Virus record (IMG/VR): IMGVR_UViG_3300018868_001080
From: a virus
DNA length: 64,000 nucleotides
Strand: one strand, 5' to 3'
The position numbers and the translations under genes were made by a program. Positions 9,963 to 18,767 of this stretch are shown here, in pieces (the first letter of the stretch is position 1; each line of letters begins with the position of its first letter). The notes under the pieces are model-generated. The model did not search any database and was not told the origin of the DNA. It was given only the letters and a program-made list of their open reading frames with translations.

Positions 9963-10055
9963 ATGTGTAAGACACCACTACTTATCACCAATTGTTAATA
10001 ATACATGTCTATATGGTATATTTAAAATTGTTAAATAAATAACTGAGTCTTAAGT

Positions 10056-10143
10056 GGGTAGGTGGCAGAGCTGGTCTATTGCATCTGACTTGAAATCAGA
10101 AGTACCAGCAATGGTACCGTGGGTTCGAATCCTACCCTGCCCG
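10056..10143 (+). tRNA. tRNA-Ser(UGA)
   Basis: Acceptor GGGTAGG/CCTGCCC, anticodon arm TCTGA-CTTGAAA-TCAGA, long V-arm, G73. Confidence 0.93.
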
Positions 10144-10152
10144 CGTTAGATG

Positions 10153-10365
10153 TTATTTCTTTGCTTTTGGATCTTCAGGTGCAATCCGCAACTCACCAAT
10201 TTGCTTGAAATTTAATTCTCTGCCATCTGCACCACAAACAGCTTGGCCATCCACATAACCAATCATTCTGTTGCCTTGTCTAACTGGGGTGACTCTTTTG
10301 TCTCCCAAGTATCGATATCGGTGAATACAATTCTTAAAACCTGTTCTTGATGCTGCCATGTCCAT
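10153..10365 (-). CDS. Hypothetical protein
   Basis: ORF fills the gap between the tRNA and the methyltransferase. Confidence 0.5.
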   Translation of the reverse strand: MDMAASRTGFKNCIHRYRYLGDKRVTPVRQGNRMIGYVDGQAVCGADGRELNFKQIGELRIAPEDPKAKK

Positions 10366-10418
10366 AGTTATATAATTTCAAACAATAGTCCACTATTGAA
10401 TCATATAAATAAAGACAG

Positions 10419-11063
10419 GTGATTAAAAAAATTAATAATTTTGAAATTGAAGTTAATGAATTAACTGCAGATACACGGGGCTTAAAGTATATTCCTCAGA
10501 TCAAAGATATGGACAATGATGCAGATCAATTTGCATTAAATTTGGGTTGTAAGTGTACTGCAGAAGTATCATCTAATAATTACTCTTTAATGGAAGAGTT
10601 AGCTAAAAAATATACAAAAGATGGTGTTGTTGAGATTGGTGTTAACAGAAATGGTGCGGGTTCATTTACATGGGCACTTTTAAATAATAAACCCAAAACA
10701 ACAATCTATTTGGGCATAGATATAGATGATAAAAGCAGTATAAACGATAGGGGAAACAGTGTTTATACAATACAAGCTAATTCGTTTGATCATGAAAATA
10801 TTCGTAAATATATGAAGCAAATAGGATTAAGTAAAATCTCTCTTCTGTTCATTGACGGGTGGCACTCGGTAAATGCAGTAATTAATGACTGGAAGTATTC
10901 AGATTTGCTAGCAGAAGATGGTATAGTTGTTTTTCATGATACGAATTTTCACCCCGGTCCTACTATTTTTCTCGACGCCATAGATAATTCTATTTTTAAG
11001 GTTGAAAGGTATTTTGCAGATCAACTTGACGATTGTGGTATGGGTGTAGCATACCGCATATAA
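10419..11063 (+). CDS. Class I SAM methyltransferase (Methyltransf_24-like)
   Basis: VVEIGV, LGIDID, LLFIDGWHS, IVVFHDTN. Confidence 0.8.
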   Translation: MIKKINNFEIEVNELTADTRGLKYIPQIKDMDNDADQFALNLGCKCTAEVSSNNYSLMEELAKKYTKDGVVEIGVNRNGAGSFTWALLNNKPKTTIYLGIDIDDKSSINDRGNSVYTIQANSFDHENIRKYMKQIGLSKISLLFIDGWHSVNAVINDWKYSDLLAEDGIVVFHDTNFHPGPTIFLDAIDNSIFKVERYFADQLDDCGMGVAYRI

Positions 11064-11141
11064 TAACAAATTAAACTCACAGGTGTTGATTATTTGTAAG
11101 TATACTTATAATAAATAGTTCTTCTGCAACGATTGTTCGAT

Positions 11142-11214
11142 GGGGGATTAGCTCATTTGGTAGAGCGGTAGCTTTGCAAGCTATAGGTGACCGGTTCGAT
11201 CCCGGTATCCTCCA
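11142..11214 (+). tRNA. tRNA-Ala(UGC)
   Basis: Acceptor GGGGGAT/ATCCTCC with G3.U70, anticodon loop TTTGCAA, A73. Confidence 0.95.
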
Positions 11215-11245
11215 AATTACTCAGTTATCCAGACTAAGTAATTAT

Positions 11246-11518
11246 ATGTTCAAGCAGCGCAATTGTGTCACTGTAAAAGCCATATTATACATAGGCATTG
11301 CATCATTAACCACGCTCATGTCAGACATGAGTGACTTTAAATCGTTTTCTGAAATTAATCCTGTCAAAGCCGCTTTAATAGCCGTTAATTTCTTATTGCA
11401 AGGCATGATTGCCTGGAGAGCATTCTTGGATCAATCAGTTGGGCGAGCTCGCATTGATGCAGCCATGCAGAAAAAACAAGAGAAACAATTGGAACTAATA
11501 GTGGAAGGTCCTAAGTAA
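11246..11518 (+). CDS. Holin-like membrane protein (start revised to MFKQRN)
   Basis: Two hydrophobic helices, charged C-terminus, first gene of the lysis cassette; TAAGTA-N5-ATG. Confidence 0.55.
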   Translation: MFKQRNCVTVKAILYIGIASLTTLMSDMSDFKSFSEINPVKAALIAVNFLLQGMIAWRAFLDQSVGRARIDAAMQKKQEKQLELIVEGPK

Positions 11519-11522
11519 TTAC

Positions 11523-11972
11523 ATGAAATACATCTTGTTTGCTGCACTTGCTCCACTGTTTGTTGTAGGTTGTGCCACCACCAGTTCCAATGGTAAAATT
11601 GATGCAGCTCAAACTGTTGAAAATGCATTACCATACATTGCACCTGCTGTCACCCTGACTTGCACAATTGTTCTGAACCAAGCTTTGGATGAGAATGATC
11701 GCATTGAAAAAGCAAAAATGATCAACAACGTTGCCACCATTGTCGAGGGGCTAACGCGTGGTGCAACACCCACACCAGACCAACTGCAGAAAGCACTCAC
11801 AGATTATCTGCCAGTGGAAAAAACTCATTGGGCGAAATATGTTGTGGCTTTGAAAGATTTATATGCCACTCAGTTCAACAGAGTAAATGGTGACGCTAAA
11901 CTTGCAGTTGTTGTGCTCAATGCAATCGCTAAAGGTTGCAAGGATGCAACTGAAGGCTACGTCAATAACTAA
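11523..11972 (+). CDS. Lipoprotein
   Basis: Signal peptide with lipobox VVGC; TAAGTA-N5-ATG. Confidence 0.7.
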   Translation: MKYILFAALAPLFVVGCATTSSNGKIDAAQTVENALPYIAPAVTLTCTIVLNQALDENDRIEKAKMINNVATIVEGLTRGATPTPDQLQKALTDYLPVEKTHWAKYVVALKDLYATQFNRVNGDAKLAVVVLNAIAKGCKDATEGYVNN

Positions 11973-12172
11973 TGCCAACTGGCATCATACAGGCTTTGTT
12001 GAGTGCTGTTGCAGGTATTTTCGGTGCAATTAACAATGTGTTTGGTGCGAAGAATACCAAAGATATGAAGGATCGGCAACTGCAACAAAAAGAGATTGAT
12101 TTTGAGAGTGGCATTGAAAGTGCTATTAAGGAGAAAAATGTTAAGAAAATTCGCGATATTCTTTCTGAGTAG
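11972..12172 (+). CDS. Small membrane protein, i-spanin-like
   Basis: N-terminal TM helix plus charged helical tail; overlaps the next lipoprotein gene. Confidence 0.5.
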   Translation: MPTGIIQALLSAVAGIFGAINNVFGAKNTKDMKDRQLQQKEIDFESGIESAIKEKNVKKIRDILSE

Positions 12173-12557
12173 TTTTTTATTTTGCTCGTGTACAACAGTT
12201 ACACCTGACAAAGTAACAGATGAAATAGCCTCTTATGATGCAACAACACCTTCAGGGTATGATGTACAGAATTCTGGCTTCATTGGCTTTACGGATGATG
12301 GGCGGGGTCTTATTACTCAGTTTGGTCTGCTCCGGTACAACACCCTCATCAAAGCGTACAAGATAAGATTCAAGTCCTTCAAAGGTGTGGAACTAAACGA
12401 AAATGATGGTATAACAGAATACACCGATAAACGCAGCAACAAGCTTTATATCATAGATCAACAGCATTTGGTGTATTACGCTGTTCTCAATGGCTGGCGC
12501 AAAGATGGTAAAGAGCCTGATTCCATTTGGGATAAGACCAAGGACCTTGTCAAATGA
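12138..12557 (+). CDS. Lipoprotein, o-spanin-like (start revised to MLRKFA)
   Basis: AAGGAG SD at 12128-12133; lipobox FCSC; overlaps the upstream TM gene. Confidence 0.55.
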   Translation: MLRKFAIFFLSSFLFCSCTTVTPDKVTDEIASYDATTPSGYDVQNSGFIGFTDDGRGLITQFGLLRYNTLIKAYKIRFKSFKGVELNENDGITEYTDKRSNKLYIIDQQHLVYYAVLNGWRKDGKEPDSIWDKTKDLVK

Positions 12558-13039
12558 AGACAGACTTAAGCATTATAGATGAAAGAAGTGCAAAAAATGT
12601 TGCAACTCTGCATCCCAAAGTACAAGAAATTTTTCGAAACTGGATAGCAGAAAGTCAAATATTGGCCAAAGCTCATGGCTATGAATATAAGGCCATTTCT
12701 GGAAATCGAACATGGGATGAGCAGGGTAAGATTTATGCACAAGGAAGAACATCACCCGGTAAGATTGTGACAAATGCAAAACCCGGGTACAGCAATCATA
12801 ATTATGGCATTGCGGTTGATATGGGAGTCTTCAAAGATGGTAAGTACCTGGATGCATCAAAGCCAACAGAAGCGCAAACCTTTCACAATAAAGCTGCAAT
12901 TATTGCAGAAAAATATAATATTGAATGGGGCGGTAGTTGGAAATCTTTTAAGGACTACCCACATTTTGAATATAAAACAGGCAAGACATTGAGTCAATTG
13001 AGACAGCTAGTAGCTGAAGGCAAAGATATTCTATCTTAG
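12554..13039 (+). CDS. M15 family (L-Ala-D-Glu-type) peptidase endolysin
   Basis: RTWDEQ..YAQGR, SNHNYGIAVD, WGGSW..DYPHFE. Confidence 0.92.
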   Translation: MKTDLSIIDERSAKNVATLHPKVQEIFRNWIAESQILAKAHGYEYKAISGNRTWDEQGKIYAQGRTSPGKIVTNAKPGYSNHNYGIAVDMGVFKDGKYLDASKPTEAQTFHNKAAIIAEKYNIEWGGSWKSFKDYPHFEYKTGKTLSQLRQLVAEGKDILS

Positions 13040-13044
13040 AGTGC

Positions 13045-13090
13045 TTGCATACAGTAAGATTGCCTATATACTAATATTGTTCTTTAACAA
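13045..13090 (+). promoter_or_regulatory. tmRNA promoter TTGCAT-N16-TATACT followed by boxA-like TGTTCTTTAACA
   Basis: TTGCAT 13045-50, TATACT 13067-72, TGTTCTTTAACA 13078-89. Confidence 0.6.
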
Positions 13091-13094
13091 CGAT

Positions 13095-13498
13095 GGGGGT
13101 GAATGGAATCGATTGAACAGTGGGGCTCCTGAGTGCAAGTACCGGGGCATGCCGGTTTATCAATAGCAAATCAAATCAAATGCCGAAGACACATTCGACA
13201 TGGCCATGAGTTTAGAGGAGGCTGACGCAATTCTTGCTGCAGCTAACTTCGAAGATTCAACAGCCACACTTGAGCTAGTTTAAGCTCAATCGTCTCATTG
13301 TAGGTTGGAACCAGTAAGATGAGGCGTGTTACAGGTTCCTGACTTGGTGTGTTATGATGGTTATCTGCCAAGCGTATAAAATCATCATATTGAGTATGTT
13401 TTGTTTAGTTTAATATGCTCTGAAGTTCAACTAAAATAAACTTGTAGTGCTTGTGCGCGAAATTGTTCAAGACCTGGGTTCAAATCCCAGCACCTCCA
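13095..13498 (+). ncRNA. ssrA: tmRNA
   Basis: GGGGGTG/CACCTCC-A acceptor with G3.U; T-arm CTGGG-TTCAAAT-CCCAG; internal tag ORF 13182-13283 with its stop in hairpin TTGAGCT/AGCTCAA. Confidence 0.92.
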
Positions 13499-13528
13499 TT
13501 TGTTTTGCATTGCAGCATAAATAATTGT

Positions 13529-13711
13529 GTGGTAAGTTTAACTGCTAACTTGACCGGCACCAGCTTGTATCAACGCTTTCTTGACGAGCGGTTCTGTATT
13601 CTTCAAAACAAATGGTACATGTCAGAGCGTGAGGGCAGGGATGTGGGGTTTGAGAGAGCACTGCTGGATTGGGTTTTTAATCACAGAAACAACTGGCTAA
13701 AGAACAAATAA
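13529..13711 (+). CDS. DUF4032-like small protein (start revised to GTG 13529)
   Basis: ILQNKWYMSEREGRDVGFERALLDW motif; TAAATA-N5-GTG. Confidence 0.7.
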   Translation: MVSLTANLTGTSLYQRFLDERFCILQNKWYMSEREGRDVGFERALLDWVFNHRNNWLKNK

Positions 13712-16165
13712 TTATTTCTTGGCATTCAGAGTAGGTTGTGGTGCAATTCTGTTGCCAGATTTTGTAGTTAACCCGCTTGCAGAGTCTCTCACTGCATTGT
13801 TGGATCTCTTCAATGTTAACGGCAGATTTTTGAATGTGTGACTATGACCATACAGTACAACACAGTCTTTGTCTGAGAATTGGCCTGTGGTTGTTGCAGA
13901 GTACACTGGTGCAGGCATGCCTCCAACGAATCCAGTCACAGAGGCCTTCACAGGCAAATCAAACATGGCACTCACAGTCACTTCATGACCAGCAGAATCA
14001 AAAAATATACCTATGGGTGTGCCCACAGGCACATAACCAATGTATCCCACACCAGGTGCAATGTCATTATATCCAATGATCTTTGGCACCAAGTTGGTTT
14101 GACCTGTGACAATTGTTCGATTGGTCTCTTGTATTTCCACTGGGGCTGTGATGTGGTTGACTGTCAGTTCACCCTCAATGTGTGCACCACCACCCACCAC
14201 CATGTTGCGCGCCACACCCAAGTTACTTTCAATAACAACTTGTTGGTTGTGTCGCTGCTTGATGTTCACAATGTCTGCTATCAATTGCAGTTTTTGTCCA
14301 CCATCAATGCACACCTCATTCTCACTAGCAATGTTTACCTGTTGACCAGCAATGTTAGTAATGGTGCCACTCACATTCACTGGTCCATAGCTTTTGAAAT
14401 TGATGCCACCAGCTCCTACCATTAAATTGTATCTGTTGCCAATGGTTTGTGTGAACGTACCACCAGGCAAATCATCCACATGCACATACTCAACCACAGG
14501 GCTTGGCTGTTGACTGTTGAACACACCTTCTGGGTGCACAATGACTGCATTGATGCTCATTTTTCCTACCTTGTCAATTCTTGTGGATGGCAGATCATTG
14601 ATGTCCATGCCAATGGTTTCAATTTTATTTTTTGTAATGCTAATGATCTCGCTGCCACCCACTCCCATTTGTTTCTCCAGATTTGCAAAATTATCCATGT
14701 TATCTGAAATGTATTTTGCTATTTGTTGCTTGCGAGGTTCAGTTAAGAAGTCACCATCTTGTGTGCTGGGGCTAATTCCTGAGCCATTGCATGCAGGACA
14801 CGTATCACCAAAGATTGTACCACCACCAGGAAATTTGCCTGAAGTGGCTGGTATGCCAATGGCAAAAGGTATAACAGCTGGTATGCCCATGTTGGACCAT
14901 GGTGAGTTTATCAAGGAAGTTGTTTCACCAGTGCCTGCATATACAAAGATGTTGTTTATTTTCCAATAGAAATCTTTGATATTCGTGCACACTGGACATG
15001 CTGCATTTTTGCCACTTTTGGATTGCAGGGGAGAGCTCAGATTAATGAATCCTTTTTTGACTGCATCCGCTCTTCTTGTTTCAAATAACTGCTTCAAGTC
15101 AGCCAATCCACGCAACAACTCTTTGTATTGTACGTGTGGCACGTAATTTAGATTTCCAATCTTTCTGTACAAATCTCCTCTGACAACACTGTCAAAATCT
15201 CTGCCCACATACAGATTTTTAAACCCATTGACTGTCAAGAACTGATCCTGCATCACAAGCTTTTGATCAGATTGAGTTGCAAGTTCTATGTTTGTAAAAT
15301 TATTAAATTCCTTGAATGAGCCAGAGAAATGTGTCATCTTGAGCACTTCACGATTGTCTGTGTTAACGAACTCCAGTGTGCCACCTTTCTGATTGATTAC
15401 ATACTTGTTGCGATACGTGTCAACATTTATGTCAAAAATGTCTTTGCCAGACAGAGAATAGTTTTCATAATACCCTGGGTAATCCTGCCCAGGTGCACTG
15501 TCACCCACACTGTCCACGCTATCATATATGCCCTTCCAATCATCCTTGCCATAGGCAACAGCAAAGTAAACTGGATGCATGACGTCACCATCTGTAAAAA
15601 ATACATACACATGTGAGCCCACATTGGGCACACCAAATGTGCCTTTGGCTCGGTTGGAATAACTGTTGGGTACATAATTGTAACTGTACTTGTTTGTGAT
15701 GTTGGTATTGTATTTTGCAGGGTCACTGAATGCATCGTTTAGTTTATACTCCACTGACTCATACACATTGGCCGGTTTTCCACCAATGTTATCAATGTTC
15801 TGATTGCCAATGTCCACGTTTTTTTCCAGTGTGGGGGCAAATGTGCTCAACCTTGCAGTATCAGACACAGAACCTGTGGCAGTAAAATAATTGAACCGAC
15901 CACTTGCAGCTTCACCACTGATGGGTGCAGCACATTCAGCCCAAGGCAGCTGCAGCTTCAAGTCTTCCAATATGGTGTTTATGCTGCTGTTGATGTTGTT
16001 GCCAAGAAATTTAAATTTCTTATCATTCAATGTGTCCACCCAGCCACGGTATGTTGTGGCCATCAAATGCGGCACCCACACTTTGACACGTCCGCGTCTT
16101 TGTGGATCATTATTTTGAACCACCATGCCCATGTAATTTCCGTAAAATTTCTGTCTCTTAGCCAT
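13712..16165 (-). CDS. Baseplate hub/central spike protein (gp5/VgrG-like), no lysozyme domain
   Basis: N-terminal YMGMVVQNNDPQRRGRVKV..LPWA..PNVGSHVYVFF OB-fold motifs; beta-helix repeats; C-terminal HSH. Confidence 0.8.
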   Translation of the reverse strand: MAKRQKFYGNYMGMVVQNNDPQRRGRVKVWVPHLMATTYRGWVDTLNDKKFKFLGNNINSSINTILEDLKLQLPWAECAAPISGEAASGRFNYFTATGSVSDTARLSTFAPTLEKNVDIGNQNIDNIGGKPANVYESVEYKLNDAFSDPAKYNTNITNKYSYNYVPNSYSNRAKGTFGVPNVGSHVYVFFTDGDVMHPVYFAVAYGKDDWKGIYDSVDSVGDSAPGQDYPGYYENYSLSGKDIFDINVDTYRNKYVINQKGGTLEFVNTDNREVLKMTHFSGSFKEFNNFTNIELATQSDQKLVMQDQFLTVNGFKNLYVGRDFDSVVRGDLYRKIGNLNYVPHVQYKELLRGLADLKQLFETRRADAVKKGFINLSSPLQSKSGKNAACPVCTNIKDFYWKINNIFVYAGTGETTSLINSPWSNMGIPAVIPFAIGIPATSGKFPGGGTIFGDTCPACNGSGISPSTQDGDFLTEPRKQQIAKYISDNMDNFANLEKQMGVGGSEIISITKNKIETIGMDINDLPSTRIDKVGKMSINAVIVHPEGVFNSQQPSPVVEYVHVDDLPGGTFTQTIGNRYNLMVGAGGINFKSYGPVNVSGTITNIAGQQVNIASENEVCIDGGQKLQLIADIVNIKQRHNQQVVIESNLGVARNMVVGGGAHIEGELTVNHITAPVEIQETNRTIVTGQTNLVPKIIGYNDIAPGVGYIGYVPVGTPIGIFFDSAGHEVTVSAMFDLPVKASVTGFVGGMPAPVYSATTTGQFSDKDCVVLYGHSHTFKNLPLTLKRSNNAVRDSASGLTTKSGNRIAPQPTLNAKK

Positions 16166-16198
16166 TGAATTATTAATATTTACTGTTATAATGAACAT
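16165..16198. promoter_or_regulatory. Overlapping divergent promoters: TTGAAT-N16-TATAAT (+) and TAAATA (-)
   Basis: TTGAAT 16165-70, TATAAT 16187-92, ATG 16199; tattta near 16177-82 on the minus strand. Confidence 0.65.
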
Positions 16199-17029
16199 AT
16201 GCTAATGAAAGTATCACATGAAACGCCTGTGTCTCTGTTGGAATATTCAAAGACTTACAATGATTTTGACTACTGTCTGGTGCATCTGTTGCATGAAAAT
16301 GTGGGGTCACCTCAACAGTTAGATTATTATAGTTTCTATAAATTTGGCAGAACTCTTCACAACAGAGAGGTGTTGCTGGACAATTCCATATTTGAACTTG
16401 GCAAAGCTTTTGATCCAGTGCAATTTCATAAATCTGTGCTGGACATTGAGCCAAACATGTACATTGTGCCAGATGTGCTGGAGGATATGCAAGGCACTGT
16501 GCACAGTTTCAAAGAGTTTGGTGACAAGAGAGATGACATAAGAAATGCATTTCAAACAAAAGCCATTGGTGCCATCCAAGGTAAGAACTGGCATGAGCTC
16601 CAAGAGTGTTACAAGTACATGTCTGAAAATGCAGACATGATTGCCATCAGTTTCGATTTTAGCTATTACCAGATCACGGGAGAGGGTGAGAACCCATTGG
16701 AGAGATGGTGCTCTGGCCGGCAACGTTTCATCACAGACTTGATGAACACAGGCATATGGGACTGGAACAAGCCTCACCATTTGCTGGGATGCTCCTTGGC
16801 CAAGGAATTCAGGTATTATGTGGACAATGATATTAGCAACATTGTTTCATGTGATACCAGCAACCCCATTGTGGCCGCCATCCATGGATTAAAATATGAT
16901 GCAGATTATGGGCTGACTACCAAGCCTTCAACCAAGCTGGTCGATCTAATTGCACATGAATTTACCGTTGATCAACTTGAGCTGTTAAAGTATAATACAT
17001 CCATGTTCAAGAAGATTATTCGCAGATGA
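16199..17029 (+). CDS. dpdA: TGT-fold 7-deazaguanine insertion enzyme (DpdA/DpdA3-like)
   Basis: LLDNSIFE, IVPDVL, GAIQG, HHLLG, SCDTSNP motifs; context with queF and a formyltransferase. Confidence 0.75.
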   Translation: MLMKVSHETPVSLLEYSKTYNDFDYCLVHLLHENVGSPQQLDYYSFYKFGRTLHNREVLLDNSIFELGKAFDPVQFHKSVLDIEPNMYIVPDVLEDMQGTVHSFKEFGDKRDDIRNAFQTKAIGAIQGKNWHELQECYKYMSENADMIAISFDFSYYQITGEGENPLERWCSGRQRFITDLMNTGIWDWNKPHHLLGCSLAKEFRYYVDNDISNIVSCDTSNPIVAAIHGLKYDADYGLTTKPSTKLVDLIAHEFTVDQLELLKYNTSMFKKIIRR

Positions 17030-17598
17030 AGCGTCCTTGGGTTGCATTTTTTAGCCAAACGGGAACAGAGATTCAACAGCTATGCAACAAGCTTGGCACA
17101 TATCCAGATTTGATTGTTACCAATCAACATCAACAAGGGAAAATTAACAAAGATTTGCTCACTGTTGCAACATCCAGAGCTGTATTATTGAACATGCGCA
17201 ACTGGGAAGTGTTGCCTGTGAAACCTAGTCTCAAGGATTACACTGACGCATTAGCTGGGTATGAGGAAAAAGATCCGCTCATCACACTGCATGGCTACCT
17301 GCGCATCATACCCAAGGAAATTTGTAACAAGTATGAGATGTACAATCTGCATCCTGGTCTTATTAATAAGTTTCCAGAACTCAAAGGCTACAACCCACAA
17401 GAGCGCGCTTTTATTGATGGATACAAAAGTGCAGGGTGTGTAATTCATAAAGTGACTCCTGGTGTTGATGAAGGTGACATCATATCATACAGTGAAATTG
17501 ATATTGATAGTCTCACACTACCTCAGGTGTACAGTGCATTGCATGCATGTGCACAGACACTGTGGCAGTCATTTCTCAGCCCACATGTTGCAGCTTAA
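17026..17598 (+). CDS. PurN-like formyltransferase (candidate preQ1 formyltransferase, DpdN-like)
   Basis: FFSQTG, LHGYLRII, YNLHPGL, GCVIHKVTPGVDEG. Confidence 0.85.
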   Translation: MKRPWVAFFSQTGTEIQQLCNKLGTYPDLIVTNQHQQGKINKDLLTVATSRAVLLNMRNWEVLPVKPSLKDYTDALAGYEEKDPLITLHGYLRIIPKEICNKYEMYNLHPGLINKFPELKGYNPQERAFIDGYKSAGCVIHKVTPGVDEGDIISYSEIDIDSLTLPQVYSALHACAQTLWQSFLSPHVAA

Positions 17599-17639
17599 TG
17601 ATAGCATTTTTGCAGGTGTGTATATAATATAATTACATT

Positions 17640-18008
17640 ATGAATAAAGAACATGTGCATGACGGTGACGCTGAAATTGTAAATGTTGTAGAGAATACAT
17701 ACCCACAGACATGTGATGAATTTAAAAAGATACAACTGGAACAGTACACAGTTTTTTGCAAGAAACAGAATGACTATGGTCCTCATAACATAAGCCTGGG
17801 ATCTGACTTGAAGCAACAAGAAGACAGAGAAGCATCCATCTCTGCCATTGTGGTGCGGTTGAATGATAAAATACAGCGACTCATAAACATGGTGCTGAGA
17901 AGAAAGACGTTTGTGGCTGCAAATGAATCCATATTTGATGCATTTTCAGATTCTGCTGTGTATTGCATCATTGCTGAGATTATCAAGAGAGGCAAGTGGT
18001 GCAAGTAG
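17640..18008 (+). CDS. Nucleotide-modification-associated domain protein (Nmad1/DUF1599)
   Basis: KKQNDYG..VRLNDKIQRL..ESIFDAFSDSAVYCII. Confidence 0.8.
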   Translation: MNKEHVHDGDAEIVNVVENTYPQTCDEFKKIQLEQYTVFCKKQNDYGPHNISLGSDLKQQEDREASISAIVVRLNDKIQRLINMVLRRKTFVAANESIFDAFSDSAVYCIIAEIIKRGKWCK

Positions 18009-18009
18009 T

Positions 18010-18180
18010 ATGTCATTAATGCATGCATGGAGAACATGGAATACCAAAGTTAAATCCCTTGAGGATGAATTGAGTATCATGTTGCAAGAGAACAAGATTC
18101 TTTTGGAAGAAATAAAGATGCTTAAAAAGCTTGTGTATGACTTGGAGATAGAGTATACTACCTTGATACGACGCAAATGA
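18010..18180 (+). CDS. Small coiled-coil protein
   Basis: Heptad pattern; coupled to both neighbours. Confidence 0.45.
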   Translation: MSLMHAWRTWNTKVKSLEDELSIMLQENKILLEEIKMLKKLVYDLEIEYTTLIRRK

Positions 18181-18767
18181 TATTCACTTTCACAGGCCCT
18201 CAGTGTTCTGGCAAATCTACATTGCTACAAGCATGTAAGAAGCATTATGACAGTCGGCTTACATATGTGGAAGAGGTTACACGACTCATCAAACGTGAGT
18301 TTGATGTGCCTATCAATGAAGAAGGTGCATGTGATATTACTCAGACTTTAATCTTGAATAAAGAATTTGAGAACCTGTTTATTGGTTACAAGTTGAGTGG
18401 CTTCCAAGGTATTCTGCATGATCGATGTTTGTTGGATGGCATGATATATACAAACTACTTTGCAGAAAAATATGGCAGGAACAAGTTCCAATTCTCAGAA
18501 GCTTTGGGTGCACGGTATTATTATTCACACATACACCGGTATGATCATATCTTTTATACCAATCCGCATGATGTGCCCATGGAAGATGATGGTGAAAGAA
18601 GCACGTGTGATCATTTCAGATCGCGCATCACTAGCATGTATGAAAATTTCTGGTTGGATGATATCAATATTCGTGGCAAAGTTACTATATTGCGGGGCAC
18701 TGTGGCAGAGCGTATGGAGCAGATCAAAGCTAAATTGCATGAGTTGCTGCCAAGTGCTACACGGTGA
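18177..18767 (+). CDS. P-loop nucleotide (dNMP-type) kinase
   Basis: GPQCSGKST, LHDRCLLD, EDDGERS. Confidence 0.8.
   Translation: MIFTFTGPQCSGKSTLLQACKKHYDSRLTYVEEVTRLIKREFDVPINEEGACDITQTLILNKEFENLFIGYKLSGFQGILHDRCLLDGMIYTNYFAEKYGRNKFQFSEALGARYYYSHIHRYDHIFYTNPHDVPMEDDGERSTCDHFRSRITSMYENFWLDDINIRGKVTILRGTVAERMEQIKAKLHELLPSATR

Noticed and set aside
11174-11245. N-terminal extension of ORF 11174
   Set aside because: Overlaps tRNA-Ala; the real start is probably ATG 11246.
13451-13528. N-terminal extension of ORF 13451
   Set aside because: Overlaps the tmRNA 3' end; the real start is probably GTG 13529.
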